A DNA stretch of 63,230 nucleotides, the filler included, from an uncultured Methanosarcinales archaeon (GTDB lineage Archaea > Nanobdellota > Nanobdellia > Woesearchaeales > CAYXTQ01), in NCBI GenBank assembly GCA_964608065.1. It is 22 parts of 22 records of this genome, joined end to end, with 100 filler letters (N's around TTAATTAATTAA, not from the genome) between each part and the next. Parts side by side here need not be neighbours in the genome. Positions count along the whole stretch, not along the records: positions 38,927 to 41,660 come from CAZSMA010000117.1; positions 41,761 to 44,449 come from CAZSMA010000118.1; positions 44,550 to 47,197 come from CAZSMA010000119.1; positions 47,298 to 49,879 come from CAZSMA010000120.1; positions 49,980 to 52,446 come from CAZSMA010000121.1; positions 52,547 to 54,830 come from CAZSMA010000122.1; 16 more parts are not named here. One strand, 5' to 3'. Of this stretch, positions 41,619-52,641 are shown in pieces. Every line of letters begins with the position of its first letter. Within the stretch, counting starts at the first letter, position 1. The notes below the pieces were generated by a model, which searched no databases, was not told where the DNA came from, and worked only from the letters and a program-made list of their open reading frames with translations. The translations under genes and the position numbers were made by a program.

Positions 41619-41760
41619 GCAAGCGAGTAAAATGTTATCCTCGTGGGCGTTTTTTTTTGTNNNNNNNNNNNNNNNNNNNNNNNNNNNNNNNNNNNNNNNN
41701 NNNNTTAATTAATTAANNNNNNNNNNNNNNNNNNNNNNNNNNNNNNNNNNNNNNNNNNNN

Positions 41761-44449
41761 AATTTGTTGTTGTTGGATAAGTTATAGGGGTTGTTGCAGT
41801 TAAGCCTAAAACTAAGCTTGAATTTTTGTTTACTACTAAATCTTTTGTTACACTTCCAGCAGTATAATTAGCACATCCAACTGTTGAATAATTAAATGTC
41901 CAAGTTCCAACTCCATAAATTCCATTGCTTCTATCCATAGAATAAGAGCATCCTCCATCTCCTGTATTTGTTTCACTTGGAGTAAAATCAGATGTAGTCA
42001 TATATTCAATAGGCGTAGTTCCAGTTATTGCCATAAGAGTTGAAGGATTTGCTTGATTAATCACAAATACTGTAGAATTGCTTGAAGCAGTATAGTTTGT
42101 ATTTCCAGCATAAGAACAATTTAAATTCCAAGAACCAGCCCCTAAAGTTTCAGCTACTCCAGAAGTTCCATTAGTTAAACTTACTGTTCCAACCCCAGTT
42201 AATAATGAGCAGGTTGGAGTTATTGCAGTTCCATAAGTTTGTGGACTTGTTTTATCAAAAGTTAATGATGTTTGAGAAGATGCTTTATTTATAACAATAT
42301 CTTTTGTTATTGAATTAGCAGAATAATTTGCATTTCCTGCTGTTGAATAATTGAATGTAACTGTTCCTGCACCATAAACTGCATTTGCCTTGTCTAATGA
42401 GCAGGATAATTGGCTTGGGCATCCTGAGCCTGCAACATCTGTTGCAGTTCCATAAGTAATCGGGGTTGTTCCTGAAATCCCTAAAACATAAGAACTATTC
42501 TGATTAATTGTAACTGTATAAACTGCTGATTTAGAAGTATAATTTGCATTTCCTGCTGTTGAATAATTAGCAGAGATAGTTCCTGCTGAATAAACTCCAT
42601 TAGAAATATTAAGAGAGCAGGATAATTGTGAAGGGCATCCTGAGCCTGCAAAATTTGTTGTTGTTGGATAAGTTATAGGGGTTGTTGCAGTTAAGCCTAA
42701 AACTAAAGAATTATTTTTAGCTACAGTATAAGAATAAGTTTGTGTTTTATTAAATAAATGAGATGTTCCATTTCCATAAGCCCAAAAATAATAAGAATAT
42801 GTTCCTGCAGATAATCCTAAAAAAGTTTTATTAAAAACAGAAGATAAATTTGATAAACTATAATTTGTTCCCTGCCATTCTATTCCAGCAGTTCCATTTG
42901 TGTTTGATATTGTTGTATTAAATTGATAAACAAGATTTAGGGCATATTGAGTATTATTAGTTATTGAAAAAACAAAAGAACTAAATATAGGATAAATTGT
43001 GTCAGGAAGATTATATGTAACATAAAGTATTGGCGCACCAGTAACTAATTCTGTTGATACAAATGCTGTAGTTTCAATACCAGTAGGTGTATTTGAATTA
43101 ACATCTCTATCGCTTTTTAATTGATATTTTGTGTCTCCTGTAAGATTTATCCAAGAGGTATTTAAATTAGAGCTATTATACACTTGATTTTTTGACATCC
43201 CCACTGTACTTCTAAAAAGATTGTCATAAACAGCACCACTAGCATCATAATTAGATTCTTGAGTAGCATTTATTGGCTCCTGCCATTTAAAATCATATAC
43301 AGATACATTAAAATCAGGACTTGGAATTGTAGCAAAACTAGATACATTTAAACTTAATATTACATTAGTTACAACAGCATTATCAGGAATGCTTGAAGTA
43401 TTAAAATCAAGATATGATCTGTCTACACTATAAGTATCAATGTAATCTGGAGAACCACTATTAGAATAACTTTGTCCAATCCAGAAATTATTATTTGAAC
43501 TCGCAGAAGAAGTTGATGTTAAACGCGCTGTTGAATAAGTACTGGAACTTCCATAAATATACCCATCTGAAGTTTCTCCTGTAACAGAAGACAAAGGGTC
43601 AAGCCATAAATTTTCTTTGTTCCTTACATTTCCTATTAAAATAGTTCTCTTATCATAAAACTGCACTGTAAATCCACTTTCTTCTAAGTCATTAAAGCCA
43701 AGATTTATTTTATCTTTTACAATCAAAGACTTATCTTTTCTTTCATCCTTACTTTTTCCTTTATCTTTTTCTTTTTCTTTTACATCATCCCAGGTTAATC
43801 CATTTTCTTTTTCTAAATATAATCCAACATAAGCAAGTTTATCTTGATAAGCAGGAGGTATTCCACTAACATTCATTGCGTATTTATAATAACCGAAATT
43901 TTTTTCTATTATAATATTATTGCTTATATTATTTATTTCCATAAATTCCTTAGCTTTATCAGGCATTAAGAAACATAAATTCTCATTATCTCTCCAATCC
44001 CAACCTTCAGCATTGCATTCCTCTTTAGAAACATCTATAACAAAAATTAACCTGCTCATAATAGAATAATCATTTTTATAAGAATAAGTTAAGTTTCCAG
44101 AATTATTATCAAAACTAATATCTACAACATCTGTGAAATCTTTAAACACTCCATTATCATTTATAAATCTACAAGCTCCAATAACTGCAGTGCATTCTTT
44201 TCCGCCTGATGGAAGCTCATTACAAGTTTCATAAGAGCATTCTGAAGTGATATTATAAAGAGTTTTTCCTGCAGATTCTATAATCACTTCATAAGTTTGG
44301 TTGCTTAAATGCTCAACATTCCATTCAATATAATCAATTAAACCATCTTCATCTAAATCATAAGCTGTAAAATTAATTAACTCTCTGATTATCTGGTTAA
44401 TTTCTGACTCTTCTGCTTCCTTAATATCATCTAAATTATCAAACTCTAC
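41761..44449 (-). CDS. Internal fragment of a giant Ser/Thr/Asn-rich surface protein (DNRLRE-like and Ig-like repeats)
   Basis: Frame open across the contig; DRSYLDFNTSSIP..AVV; repeats GSGCPSQLSCSL..NYSTAGNANY. Confidence 0.8.
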
Positions 44450-44549
44450 NNNNNNNNNNNNNNNNNNNNNNNNNNNNNNNNNNNNNNNNNNNNTTAATTA
44501 ATTAANNNNNNNNNNNNNNNNNNNNNNNNNNNNNNNNNNNNNNNNNNNN

Positions 44550-46418
44550 AAAGGCGGTGTTGGAAAAACAACTATTGCTGCATCAACTGCTTTGCAAGCA
44601 GCAAAGCAAGGTAAAAAGGTTTTGGTTTTTTCTACTGATCCTGTACTTTCTTTATCTGACTCCTTTAACTGCAAAATTGGCAACAAGATTACAAACATAA
44701 CAAAAAATATAGACGCCTTAGAGATGGATACAGAAAGTGTTTTAGAAGACTTCAGAAAAGAATATAATGATATTATCCAGCAAATACTTGATGAAGGCAC
44801 TTATCTTGATAGAGAGGACACATTAAGATTTTCAGAATTGCCTTTTCCTGGTTTAGATGAATTTATGGCATTAACTAAAATAATAAATTTTTTGGAAAAA
44901 AATGAATATGACCTTTATATTTTAGATACAGCACCAAGTGGCCATACAATAAGACTCTTAGCTTTGCCTGATTTAATGATTAAATGGACCAATGTTTTAA
45001 TTAAGATGCACGCTAAAAAAAGCTATATAATGAAAAGGCTTGTTGGCAGGGCAGTAAAAGGCAGAGCAGATCAATTTCTAACAAAACTACAAAATGATAT
45101 TAAAAGGGTAAGAGAGACTCTTATGGATGAAGAAAAAACGCAATTTGTTGTTATAACAATAGCAGAGGCGATGGGTGTGTATGAAACAAGCAGGCTTATT
45201 AAAACACTTGAAAATTACCAAATTCCCATTAGTCATATTATCTTTAACAGAATTATTCCAACTAACAAATGCAATTTTTGTATAGCAAGGAGAAAAGAAC
45301 AACAGAAATATATTAATGAAATTAAGAAGGAATTTTCATATGATATTGTGGAAGCACCATTATTTCCTTATGAAATAAAAGGATTAAATGATTTAGCTGT
45401 TTTTAGTCAAGCTTTGTATGAGGAAAAATATAAATTTAACCTTAAAAAACCGAGTTTATTTTCACTTTCTAAAAACACCTTACATAAGCCTTCAGAAATG
45501 CATGTTATTCTTAAAAAGGATTTGAAACTATTGCTTTTTGGGGGTAAAGGCGGCACTGGTAAAACAACTATGGCGACAGCTACTGCTTTGCAAGCAGCAA
45601 AGCAAGGAAAAAAAGTCCTAGTTTTTTCTACTGATCCTGCTCATTCTTTATCTGATTCTTTTGATAAAGAAGTAGGAGATAAAGTTACATTTATTAGCAA
45701 TAATGTTTATGCGCAAGAGATAGATGCTGTAAAACTCTTTGAAAATTTAAAAAAAGAATACAGAGAAGAAATCAGAAATTTCTTTAGGAGACTTTTAACT
45801 CCAAGAGGGGGTGTTTCTTTACCTCTCGATGAAGCTATAATGTCTGATTTGTTTGACCTTAGCCCGCCAGGTGTTGATGAGTTAATGGCTTTAAAAAAGA
45901 TATTAGATTTTATAGACAACAAAGAATATGATTTATTTATTTTGGATACAGCACCTACTGGTCATACAATAAGATTGTTAGCTCTACCAGATGAAGCTTT
46001 AGACTGGACACAATTTATTATTGATATAAAAAGGAAGTATCCAATAACTGCTGATATGGGTGATTCATTAAAAACAACTTTAGATACAATTAAAAGAGGA
46101 AGAAGAATTCTTACAAATCCTGCCTTTACAGAATTTATTCCAGTTACAACACCAGAGACTATGAGCATATACCAGACAGAAAGGCTTATTGATAATCTTA
46201 AAAAGCTGAAGGTTCCAGTTAAATATATGGTTGTTAATAAAGTAATTCCTTCAAATAGATGCGGTTTTTGTAGCTCAAGAAGAAAACAACAACAAGCTTA
46301 TATTAAAGAAATTAACAAAAAGTTCTCTAAATATGAAATTACTGAAATGCCTTTATTTCAATCTGAGATTAAAGGACTAAAAGATTTAATAGAATTTTCA
46401 AAAGTCTTATTTAGATAA
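44550..46418 (+). CDS. Tandem two-domain ArsA/Get3-family ATPase, 5' partial
   Basis: KGGVGKTT and GGKGGTGKTT; STDP; DTAPSGH and DTAPTGH; a CxxC in each half. Confidence 0.9.
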   Translation, partial: KGGVGKTTIAASTALQAAKQGKKVLVFSTDPVLSLSDSFNCKIGNKITNITKNIDALEMDTESVLEDFRKEYNDIIQQILDEGTYLDREDTLRFSELPFPGLDEFMALTKIINFLEKNEYDLYILDTAPSGHTIRLLALPDLMIKWTNVLIKMHAKKSYIMKRLVGRAVKGRADQFLTKLQNDIKRVRETLMDEEKTQFVVITIAEAMGVYETSRLIKTLENYQIPISHIIFNRIIPTNKCNFCIARRKEQQKYINEIKKEFSYDIVEAPLFPYEIKGLNDLAVFSQALYEEKYKFNLKKPSLFSLSKNTLHKPSEMHVILKKDLKLLLFGGKGGTGKTTMATATALQAAKQGKKVLVFSTDPAHSLSDSFDKEVGDKVTFISNNVYAQEIDAVKLFENLKKEYREEIRNFFRRLLTPRGGVSLPLDEAIMSDLFDLSPPGVDELMALKKILDFIDNKEYDLFILDTAPTGHTIRLLALPDEALDWTQFIIDIKRKYPITADMGDSLKTTLDTIKRGRRILTNPAFTEFIPVTTPETMSIYQTERLIDNLKKLKVPVKYMVVNKVIPSNRCGFCSSRRKQQQAYIKEINKKFSKYEITEMPLFQSEIKGLKDLIEFSKVLFR

Positions 46419-46431
46419 ATGTGATTTAAAA

Positions 46432-47124
46432 ATGAAAGAAAAAGCTCAAAATAAAAAATATAAATATATTTATTGCATAATTAATGAAAGAATAAAAAAT
46501 AATTTTGGAAACATTGGAATAAATGAAAATAGGGTTTATTCTATACCATATAAAGAGTTTAGTATAATTCTAGATAATTGTTCTGTTAAAGAGATTAAAG
46601 ATAAAAAACCTTTTGATTTGGCAATAGAGCATCAATATGTGATTGATAAAATGATGAAAAAGTTTAATTCAATAATCCCTTTTAATGCTAGCACTTTAGT
46701 CAAAGAAGAAGAAGTAAAAGAGTGGATAGATAAAGAGTATGAAAAAATAAAAAAAGTATTAGAAAAAAACAGAGATAAGCAAGAGTTTGGTATTCAAGTA
46801 TTTTATAATACCCTAATTAAACACGAATTAAAAAATAGTGTGAAGGAATATATATCTCAACAGAAAAAATTGAGAGAAGAGATAGCAACTAAAATAAATC
46901 AATATAAAGAGGAATTTTATAAACAAATTAACGAACTTGTTGATGATATAAAAGTTAGAAAAATAAAAAAGTCTTTAGATGATAAACAACTGTTTTTAGA
47001 TATTTCCTGCTTAGTTCATAAAAATAAAGTCAAATCATTAAAAAACAAATTAAAAGAAATAAATAGTATGAAAGAATTCTCTGTTTGTTTTAATGGTCCT
47101 TGGGCACCTTATTCTTTTTGCTAG
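46432..47124 (+). CDS. GvpL/GvpF family gas vesicle protein
   Basis: YIYCII, GI...VY, HQYVID, IIPF, EFGIQV, C-terminal GPWAPYSF. Confidence 0.85.
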   Translation: MKEKAQNKKYKYIYCIINERIKNNFGNIGINENRVYSIPYKEFSIILDNCSVKEIKDKKPFDLAIEHQYVIDKMMKKFNSIIPFNASTLVKEEEVKEWIDKEYEKIKKVLEKNRDKQEFGIQVFYNTLIKHELKNSVKEYISQQKKLREEIATKINQYKEEFYKQINELVDDIKVRKIKKSLDDKQLFLDISCLVHKNKVKSLKNKLKEINSMKEFSVCFNGPWAPYSFC

Positions 47125-47297
47125 ACACATATTCTTTTTGTCTTGTCCCAGTTGTCAATATTTTTGAGAACAATGATTTCGATTGTTTGAACATCCTNNN
47201 NNNNNNNNNNNNNNNNNNNNNNNNNNNNNNNNNNNNNNNNNTTAATTAATTAANNNNNNNNNNNNNNNNNNNNNNNNNNNNNNNNNNNNNNNNNNNN

Positions 47298-49879
47298 ATA
47301 TGTTCAACACCTATAACTGATCTTGATGTAATCATTAATAGTCATTATGATCCAGATGAAACAGCTGATGTTAATCTAAAGCTTGTTAAGGATGGAAAGT
47401 TGGTTAATGGTTTAACAGAAGTTGAGTATAGGTTTGATTCTGAACAATGGGAGAAAAAGGATGTTGATGAATTAAGTCCTGGCAAATATAAATTTAATAC
47501 TAAATTTTCTTCAAGTGAAGGGGGTCATGGTCTGACTGTTAAAGCAGATATTGATAGTAATATTGTTGGTGAAACAGAGGGCTTTTTCACAAACTATAAA
47601 TCCAATAGAACCCCTGTTGTTTTGGTTCATGATTATTCATCTGATCCTGATTCACTTTTAACACTAAAGCAAAGAATAGAGAATGATGGTTTTGAAGTAC
47701 ATGTAATTGATTATTCTCCTGATGAAAATAATTGTGATGCAATGGATGATATAAGAATATATGCTGATAAACTGAAAAATGATATAGAATCAATAAAATC
47801 ACAAACTGGTGCAGATAAGGTTGATATAGTTGGTTATGGAATGGGTGGGTTAATAGCTAGATGGTATGTGGAAAAACTAGATGGATATAATAATGTTAGA
47901 AAATTGATTTTATTGGGAACCCCTAATTATGGGTCTGAGGTTTTTCGACCACCTGCATTAGGACCAGCTAATTATATTACACTGATAACAGGGTTAACTA
48001 GAAAACTTATAGAATCTGTTATTGGTAATGTAAACTCATGTCATAATATGGATAGGTGGATAGGTACACCACCAATCCATCCGGCTTACCTTGGTGAAGC
48101 TGCAAAGCAGATGAAGCCATTCAGTGAATTTCTTGGATTGTTGAATTATAATGACCCTAAAAAAAAAATTGGGGATGCTATATTGGCACCCGATGTTCAT
48201 TATACAACCATAGGTGGAAGAAAAAGTAATATATTAAGTGCAATTGTTACTTTAAGCTATTTTCTTTTTGTTGAAAATGATGGTTTTGTTAGTATAGATA
48301 GTATAAAACTAACTGGGGTTTCTGGAGAAAATCATGAGTTGTTTTATGTTAACCATAAAGAGTTGATTGAAGATGATGCTGTTTATAATAAAATAAATTG
48401 GATATTGAATGATGATCCTCCAGAAAATGATCCTGTAAATGAATCTGAAAATTTACAGACTCAAAGGTTGCCTGTTATTTCTGGGGTAATTGAAAATGAA
48501 AACAAATCTTATAATCTATCATTAAATTTTGTTAATGCAATAAATTTATTTTTGATGTGGGACTATGGGGATTTAGATTTAACATTGGAAACACCTAATG
48601 GAGATGTAATAAATTCAACAAAGATGGTTGATGGAATGAATATAACTTATTATCCTGGGAATACAAGTTTTGAGGTATATGAAATTAAAGATCCAGTAGA
48701 AGGGAACTGGACAGCTAATATTATTTCAATAAATACATCAAACACAAACTATAGCCTGATGACAATTTTGGAAACCAATCTAACTGTATTGGCTAAATTG
48801 GATAAATTTAATTATGATTTAAATGAAGATGTTAATTTAACAGCTAATCTAACTTATTTTGGGGTTCCTATAGTTAATGCATTTGTTGATGTTGAGATAT
48901 TAAGACCAGACAATATTACAGAAAATATTTCACTAGATGAGATTAATGCTGTTTATTCCACTAATTATAATAAAACAAATATAACCGGCAGATATGATAT
49001 ACTTGTTACAGCAAGAGGAATGCTTGGTAATAAAGAATTCATTAGACAGACATCTTTATGGGTTTGGGTTTCACAACCTCCAGATTTAACTGTAAAAGAT
49101 GTTTCTTTTTCAAATGATGCTGCCGTTGTAGGAGATAATGTTACTATGAGTGCTGTTGTTGATAATATTAAAGATGGAAATGCAACTAATGCTACAGTTG
49201 AGTTTTACCTTGGAAATAATGTGAATGGAACTTTAATTGGGGAGGGGGATGTAAGTGTAATGGGCAATTCTTTTGAAAATGTTTCTATAAACTGGACTGC
49301 TGAGTTTGGGGTTAATGATATTTATGTTTCAATACCAGCATCAAACTCATTTTTGGAAGAAAATTATTCAAACAATGTTGGATTTAATGCTATAAATGTT
49401 ACAGGGTCTGTAATAAATTCAAGTTTAATTATGGATGCAGAAGTTGGTGTCAGTGATTCATTTGATGTTATTTTATTAGTTAAGAATGGTGGAACCAAAT
49501 TAGTTGATGCTAACGCAGATATTACACTTCCTGCGGGTTTGTCTACTTTAGATCCTTTAACAAGAAGTTTAGGTAATGTTTCAGACAATAAAACAGTTAG
49601 TTGGAATGTGAATGCTGAGCAAGAGGGTTTATATGATATTGTAGTAAAGATTGCATCAGAGAATAGTGATGATATAGATGTATCACAGAATATTTCTGTT
49701 AAAAACATTAAGATTACTAATGTATCAAATAATATAAGTTATTTAATGGGTGAGAATATTAGTGTGGATGTAAATGTTACGAACTTTAATGAAGAAGTTG
49801 GTTATGTTGGATTGTATCTTAATACATCTATAAAAGATCCTTTAGGTAATGTGTATTATGTAATAAATAATATTTCTTT
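47298..49879 (+). CDS. Surface protein fragment: lipase-like alpha/beta hydrolase domain plus CARDB/Ig-like domains
   Basis: PVVLVH, KVDIVGYGMGGLIAR, LGTPNYGS, NDGFV, PDLTV..ENYSNN; open at both ends. Confidence 0.85.
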
Positions 49880-50234
49880 NNNNNNNNNNNNNNNNNNNNN
49901 NNNNNNNNNNNNNNNNNNNNNNNTTAATTAATTAANNNNNNNNNNNNNNNNNNNNNNNNNNNNNNNNNNNNNNNNNNNNAAATCGTTTTTACCTCCTTTC
50001 GTTTGAGGTTATAGTTGTTTGATTTTTTATTCTGAAGGGTTTAGGGGAATGGGGTTTATATGGGTTGTATAAGGATTTGGACAAGTGAGGGGAAAAGGAT
50101 TTGGGAGTTATAAGGGCATTATAATGTTTGGAATTGCAATATATTGGAGAGCAGAAGATGTTTAGTTGGTTCTATAACTAATTAAAAAACATGAATCATT
50201 TTTCATCCTTTAATATAAACAAAACTAGCCTAAC

Positions 50235-51026
50235 TCAATTTATTGATGCGCAAAAAACATTTGAAAAAAAAGAATAATTTTCTCGAAACAACAGATGTCT
50301 ATGAAGAGGATTATTTTTGTAAGAGTGATTCGCGCCTTCTATTAAAACCATCTTAGATTTATTGAACAGATTCTGAAATTTATTAGTAGTTTTATAGTTA
50401 ATTTTATCATCAGCAGTTCCATGAATTAATAAAACTGGTTTATTAATCTCCTGTATGTTTTGTTGGAGCTTACAATCACGTAAATCATTAATAATTGCAG
50501 AGCCAACTTTTAATCCTGCTTTGTCTAAAAAACCGTCCGATTTAAGTCTTTCTCTTATTTCTTCTGTATTATATCTAGGAAACATATCTTCAGATGGCGA
50601 AAGAGCGGGACTCCAAAGTCCATAAGCATCTATTCGTGAGTCATTAAGCAAAATAGATACTGTAGCACCTAAACTAAAACCTACAACACCAATTTTACTC
50701 TCAGGATAAGTTTTAGTTAAGTAATCTATAGTACTTTCCAAATCATTACTTTGTTTACGTAAAGAGGTTAATGAATAATCACCTTCGCTTTCGCCTGCTC
50801 CTTCAACATCAAATCTGAAAACATTAAAATTCTTTGAAGAAAAGTAATCTTCCGCTTCAATAAACAATCCATTTTCGTCTTTATTTCCAGCGAATCCGTG
50901 TAATAATAATAATATTGGAGCACTGGGTTTTCCATTGTTAAGTACATATGAAAGGCGAAAATTTCTCTCATTTTTCAAATAATTTTTCTCCATCATAAGA
51001 ACCTCTTTTCTCAACTTCTGACTCAA
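50235..51026 (-). CDS. Alpha/beta hydrolase
   Basis: LHGFAG, FD..GAGESEG, GFSLG, LIHGTADD, GANH. Confidence 0.9.
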   Translation of the reverse strand: MSQKLRKEVLMMEKNYLKNERNFRLSYVLNNGKPSAPILLLLHGFAGNKDENGLFIEAEDYFSSKNFNVFRFDVEGAGESEGDYSLTSLRKQSNDLESTIDYLTKTYPESKIGVVGFSLGATVSILLNDSRIDAYGLWSPALSPSEDMFPRYNTEEIRERLKSDGFLDKAGLKVGSAIINDLRDCKLQQNIQEINKPVLLIHGTADDKINYKTTNKFQNLFNKSKMVLIEGANHSYKNNPLHRHLLFRENYSFFSNVFCASIN

Positions 51027-51244
51027 AAATGATTTAACTTTATAAATTTATCATTAAGCCGCCCATTTTCAATAATTATTTTACTATCAAAGTATACTGT
51101 TGGTTTTTCAATAACTGCATCAAAATGAGGTCCTTCTCTATTACCATATGAAAGATTTCCACCCGATCCAAAGTGAGCAGTTCCTAAATTTTTTTCTTCA
51201 GCAAGGGTGAATAGTTCAGATATTTCGGATAATTGTATCTTCAA
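51023..51244 (-). pseudogene. C-terminal fragment of an M29/AmpS-like aminopeptidase
   Basis: EEKNLGTAHFG.G.N..YG....HFDAVIEKPTVYFD..IIENG; N-terminal part missing. Confidence 0.6.
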
Positions 51245-51247
51245 GGA

Positions 51248-51460
51248 TTAATTCTTTGGTAAAAAATGGTATGATGATAATTTAGCTTTTCGTTTTTCAA
51301 TTTCATTTCCTGTGATATACTTACCTAAGTGTACAGAAATATTACCTTGAGCATATCTTGTTACAATTCTTTTTTCTCTGTATTTTTTTTCATTTGGCGG
51401 GTGTACTGGCGGCTTTGGAAACAAATTATTTATATTTTTTATCAAGACCGTCAATTTCAT
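51248..51460 (-). CDS. Small basic hypothetical protein
   Basis: 70 aa from MKLTV; IVTRYAQGNISVHLGKYIT. Confidence 0.5.
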   Translation of the reverse strand: MKLTVLIKNINNLFPKPPVHPPNEKKYREKRIVTRYAQGNISVHLGKYITGNEIEKRKAKLSSYHFLPKN

Positions 51461-51641
51461 TTTTTTTTCTCCATCGTAGTTTTTACAAAAACATTTATTC
51501 TTATATATCAAAAACGCCCTAAGTTTAAAAAACTTACTATCCCAAATTACGTTAAGTCAAGTATTATCTTTTGTCAACATCCCCTTTGCCTATTTCCAAG
51601 TTACATTAACATTTTCTTTTTGAATAAATCAATTAATATCA

Positions 51642-51878
51642 CTATTTTTCTTTAATTCCTGCGCCTTCAAGCCATTGAAACAGCTTTTTGTGTCTGTAAA
51701 ATGGAATATATCCAGGTGAATCGCAATCAGACGGTGGAGATTGTCCAATAAGCATAAATTTTTGGTTAATGGCACCGCTCACAAAAGGTTTGAACCCATG
51801 ATCAAAATTACATCGTTTGCAGTTATAAATATCGTTATGTAATTTTTTAAGTTTGTATTCTGAAGAATATATTTTCAT
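51642..51878 (-). pseudogene. N-terminal fragment of a uracil-DNA glycosylase-like (family 4/5) protein
   Basis: IYNCKRC...PFVSG...FMLIGQSP...PF...KLFQWL..AGI; stops at 78 aa. Confidence 0.6.
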
Positions 51879-52546
51879 TAGTTAAAAATTATTTGCTTTA
51901 TTTAAATACTTATCTTTCCCGTATATATTATATTTAATTAAGTTACAACTATCAGTATCCGCTTCCAGCCTTACGCCATATACGGAAGCTGTTTAAAGCA
52001 AGCCATGCCTTTTGATACGAAATTATGATAAACAAAGGGATATAGCATAGTAGATGCTTATTTAATTGATTCCACAACAACCCTTGGGGTGCCAAGTATA
52101 GCCACAATGTACTTCACTTATCGAGATAAAAGTACCTTGAATTATCAAGATCTGGCTCACCTTTCAGCCAGACATTTACCTGCTATCTTAGGATTACCGC
52201 ATAAATAAAATAGAATGCTAAAGAAGGTTGTGTCATGAAACATGTTATCCAACTTAAACCTCATCTGTTAAAATCGCACATTTCTCATGGCATTCCCTGA
52301 GAATTATGAAATAACAAATTATTACCCTTCTGTAATATCTGATCAAGCTAAAGTAAAAGTAGAGGATGAATTGAATAGAATAAAGGCGGGAAATATGTTT
52401 TCTGCTGAAAAAATATTTGATAAATGGGTGCTAAAATTGAAAGTACNNNNNNNNNNNNNNNNNNNNNNNNNNNNNNNNNNNNNNNNNNNNTTAATTAATT
52501 AANNNNNNNNNNNNNNNNNNNNNNNNNNNNNNNNNNNNNNNNNNNN

Positions 52547-52598
52547 CTTCCCTGTAAGCTCTTACTGTTTCCTGGATTTGTAGTAATAAGTCTTGCAT
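52547..52598 (-). CDS. Start of a second copy of the DGR-target-like gene, truncated at contig end
   Basis: 52547-52601 is identical to 53436-53490 (MQDLLLQIQETVRAYRE). Confidence 0.8.
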
Positions 52599-52641
52599 TT
52601 TGTTAGATGTTTGTTTTTTTCGTTTATTGTTTATTTAATTT

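Noticed and set aside
44550..46418. Arsenite-pump ArsA annotation
   Set aside because: No arsB, acr3 or arsD on the contig; Get3-like CxxC motifs and a gvp neighbour argue otherwise
36807..51878. Linking the radical SAM gene with the UDG-like fragment as one repair system
   Set aside because: They are on different contigs and the UDG-like gene is truncated
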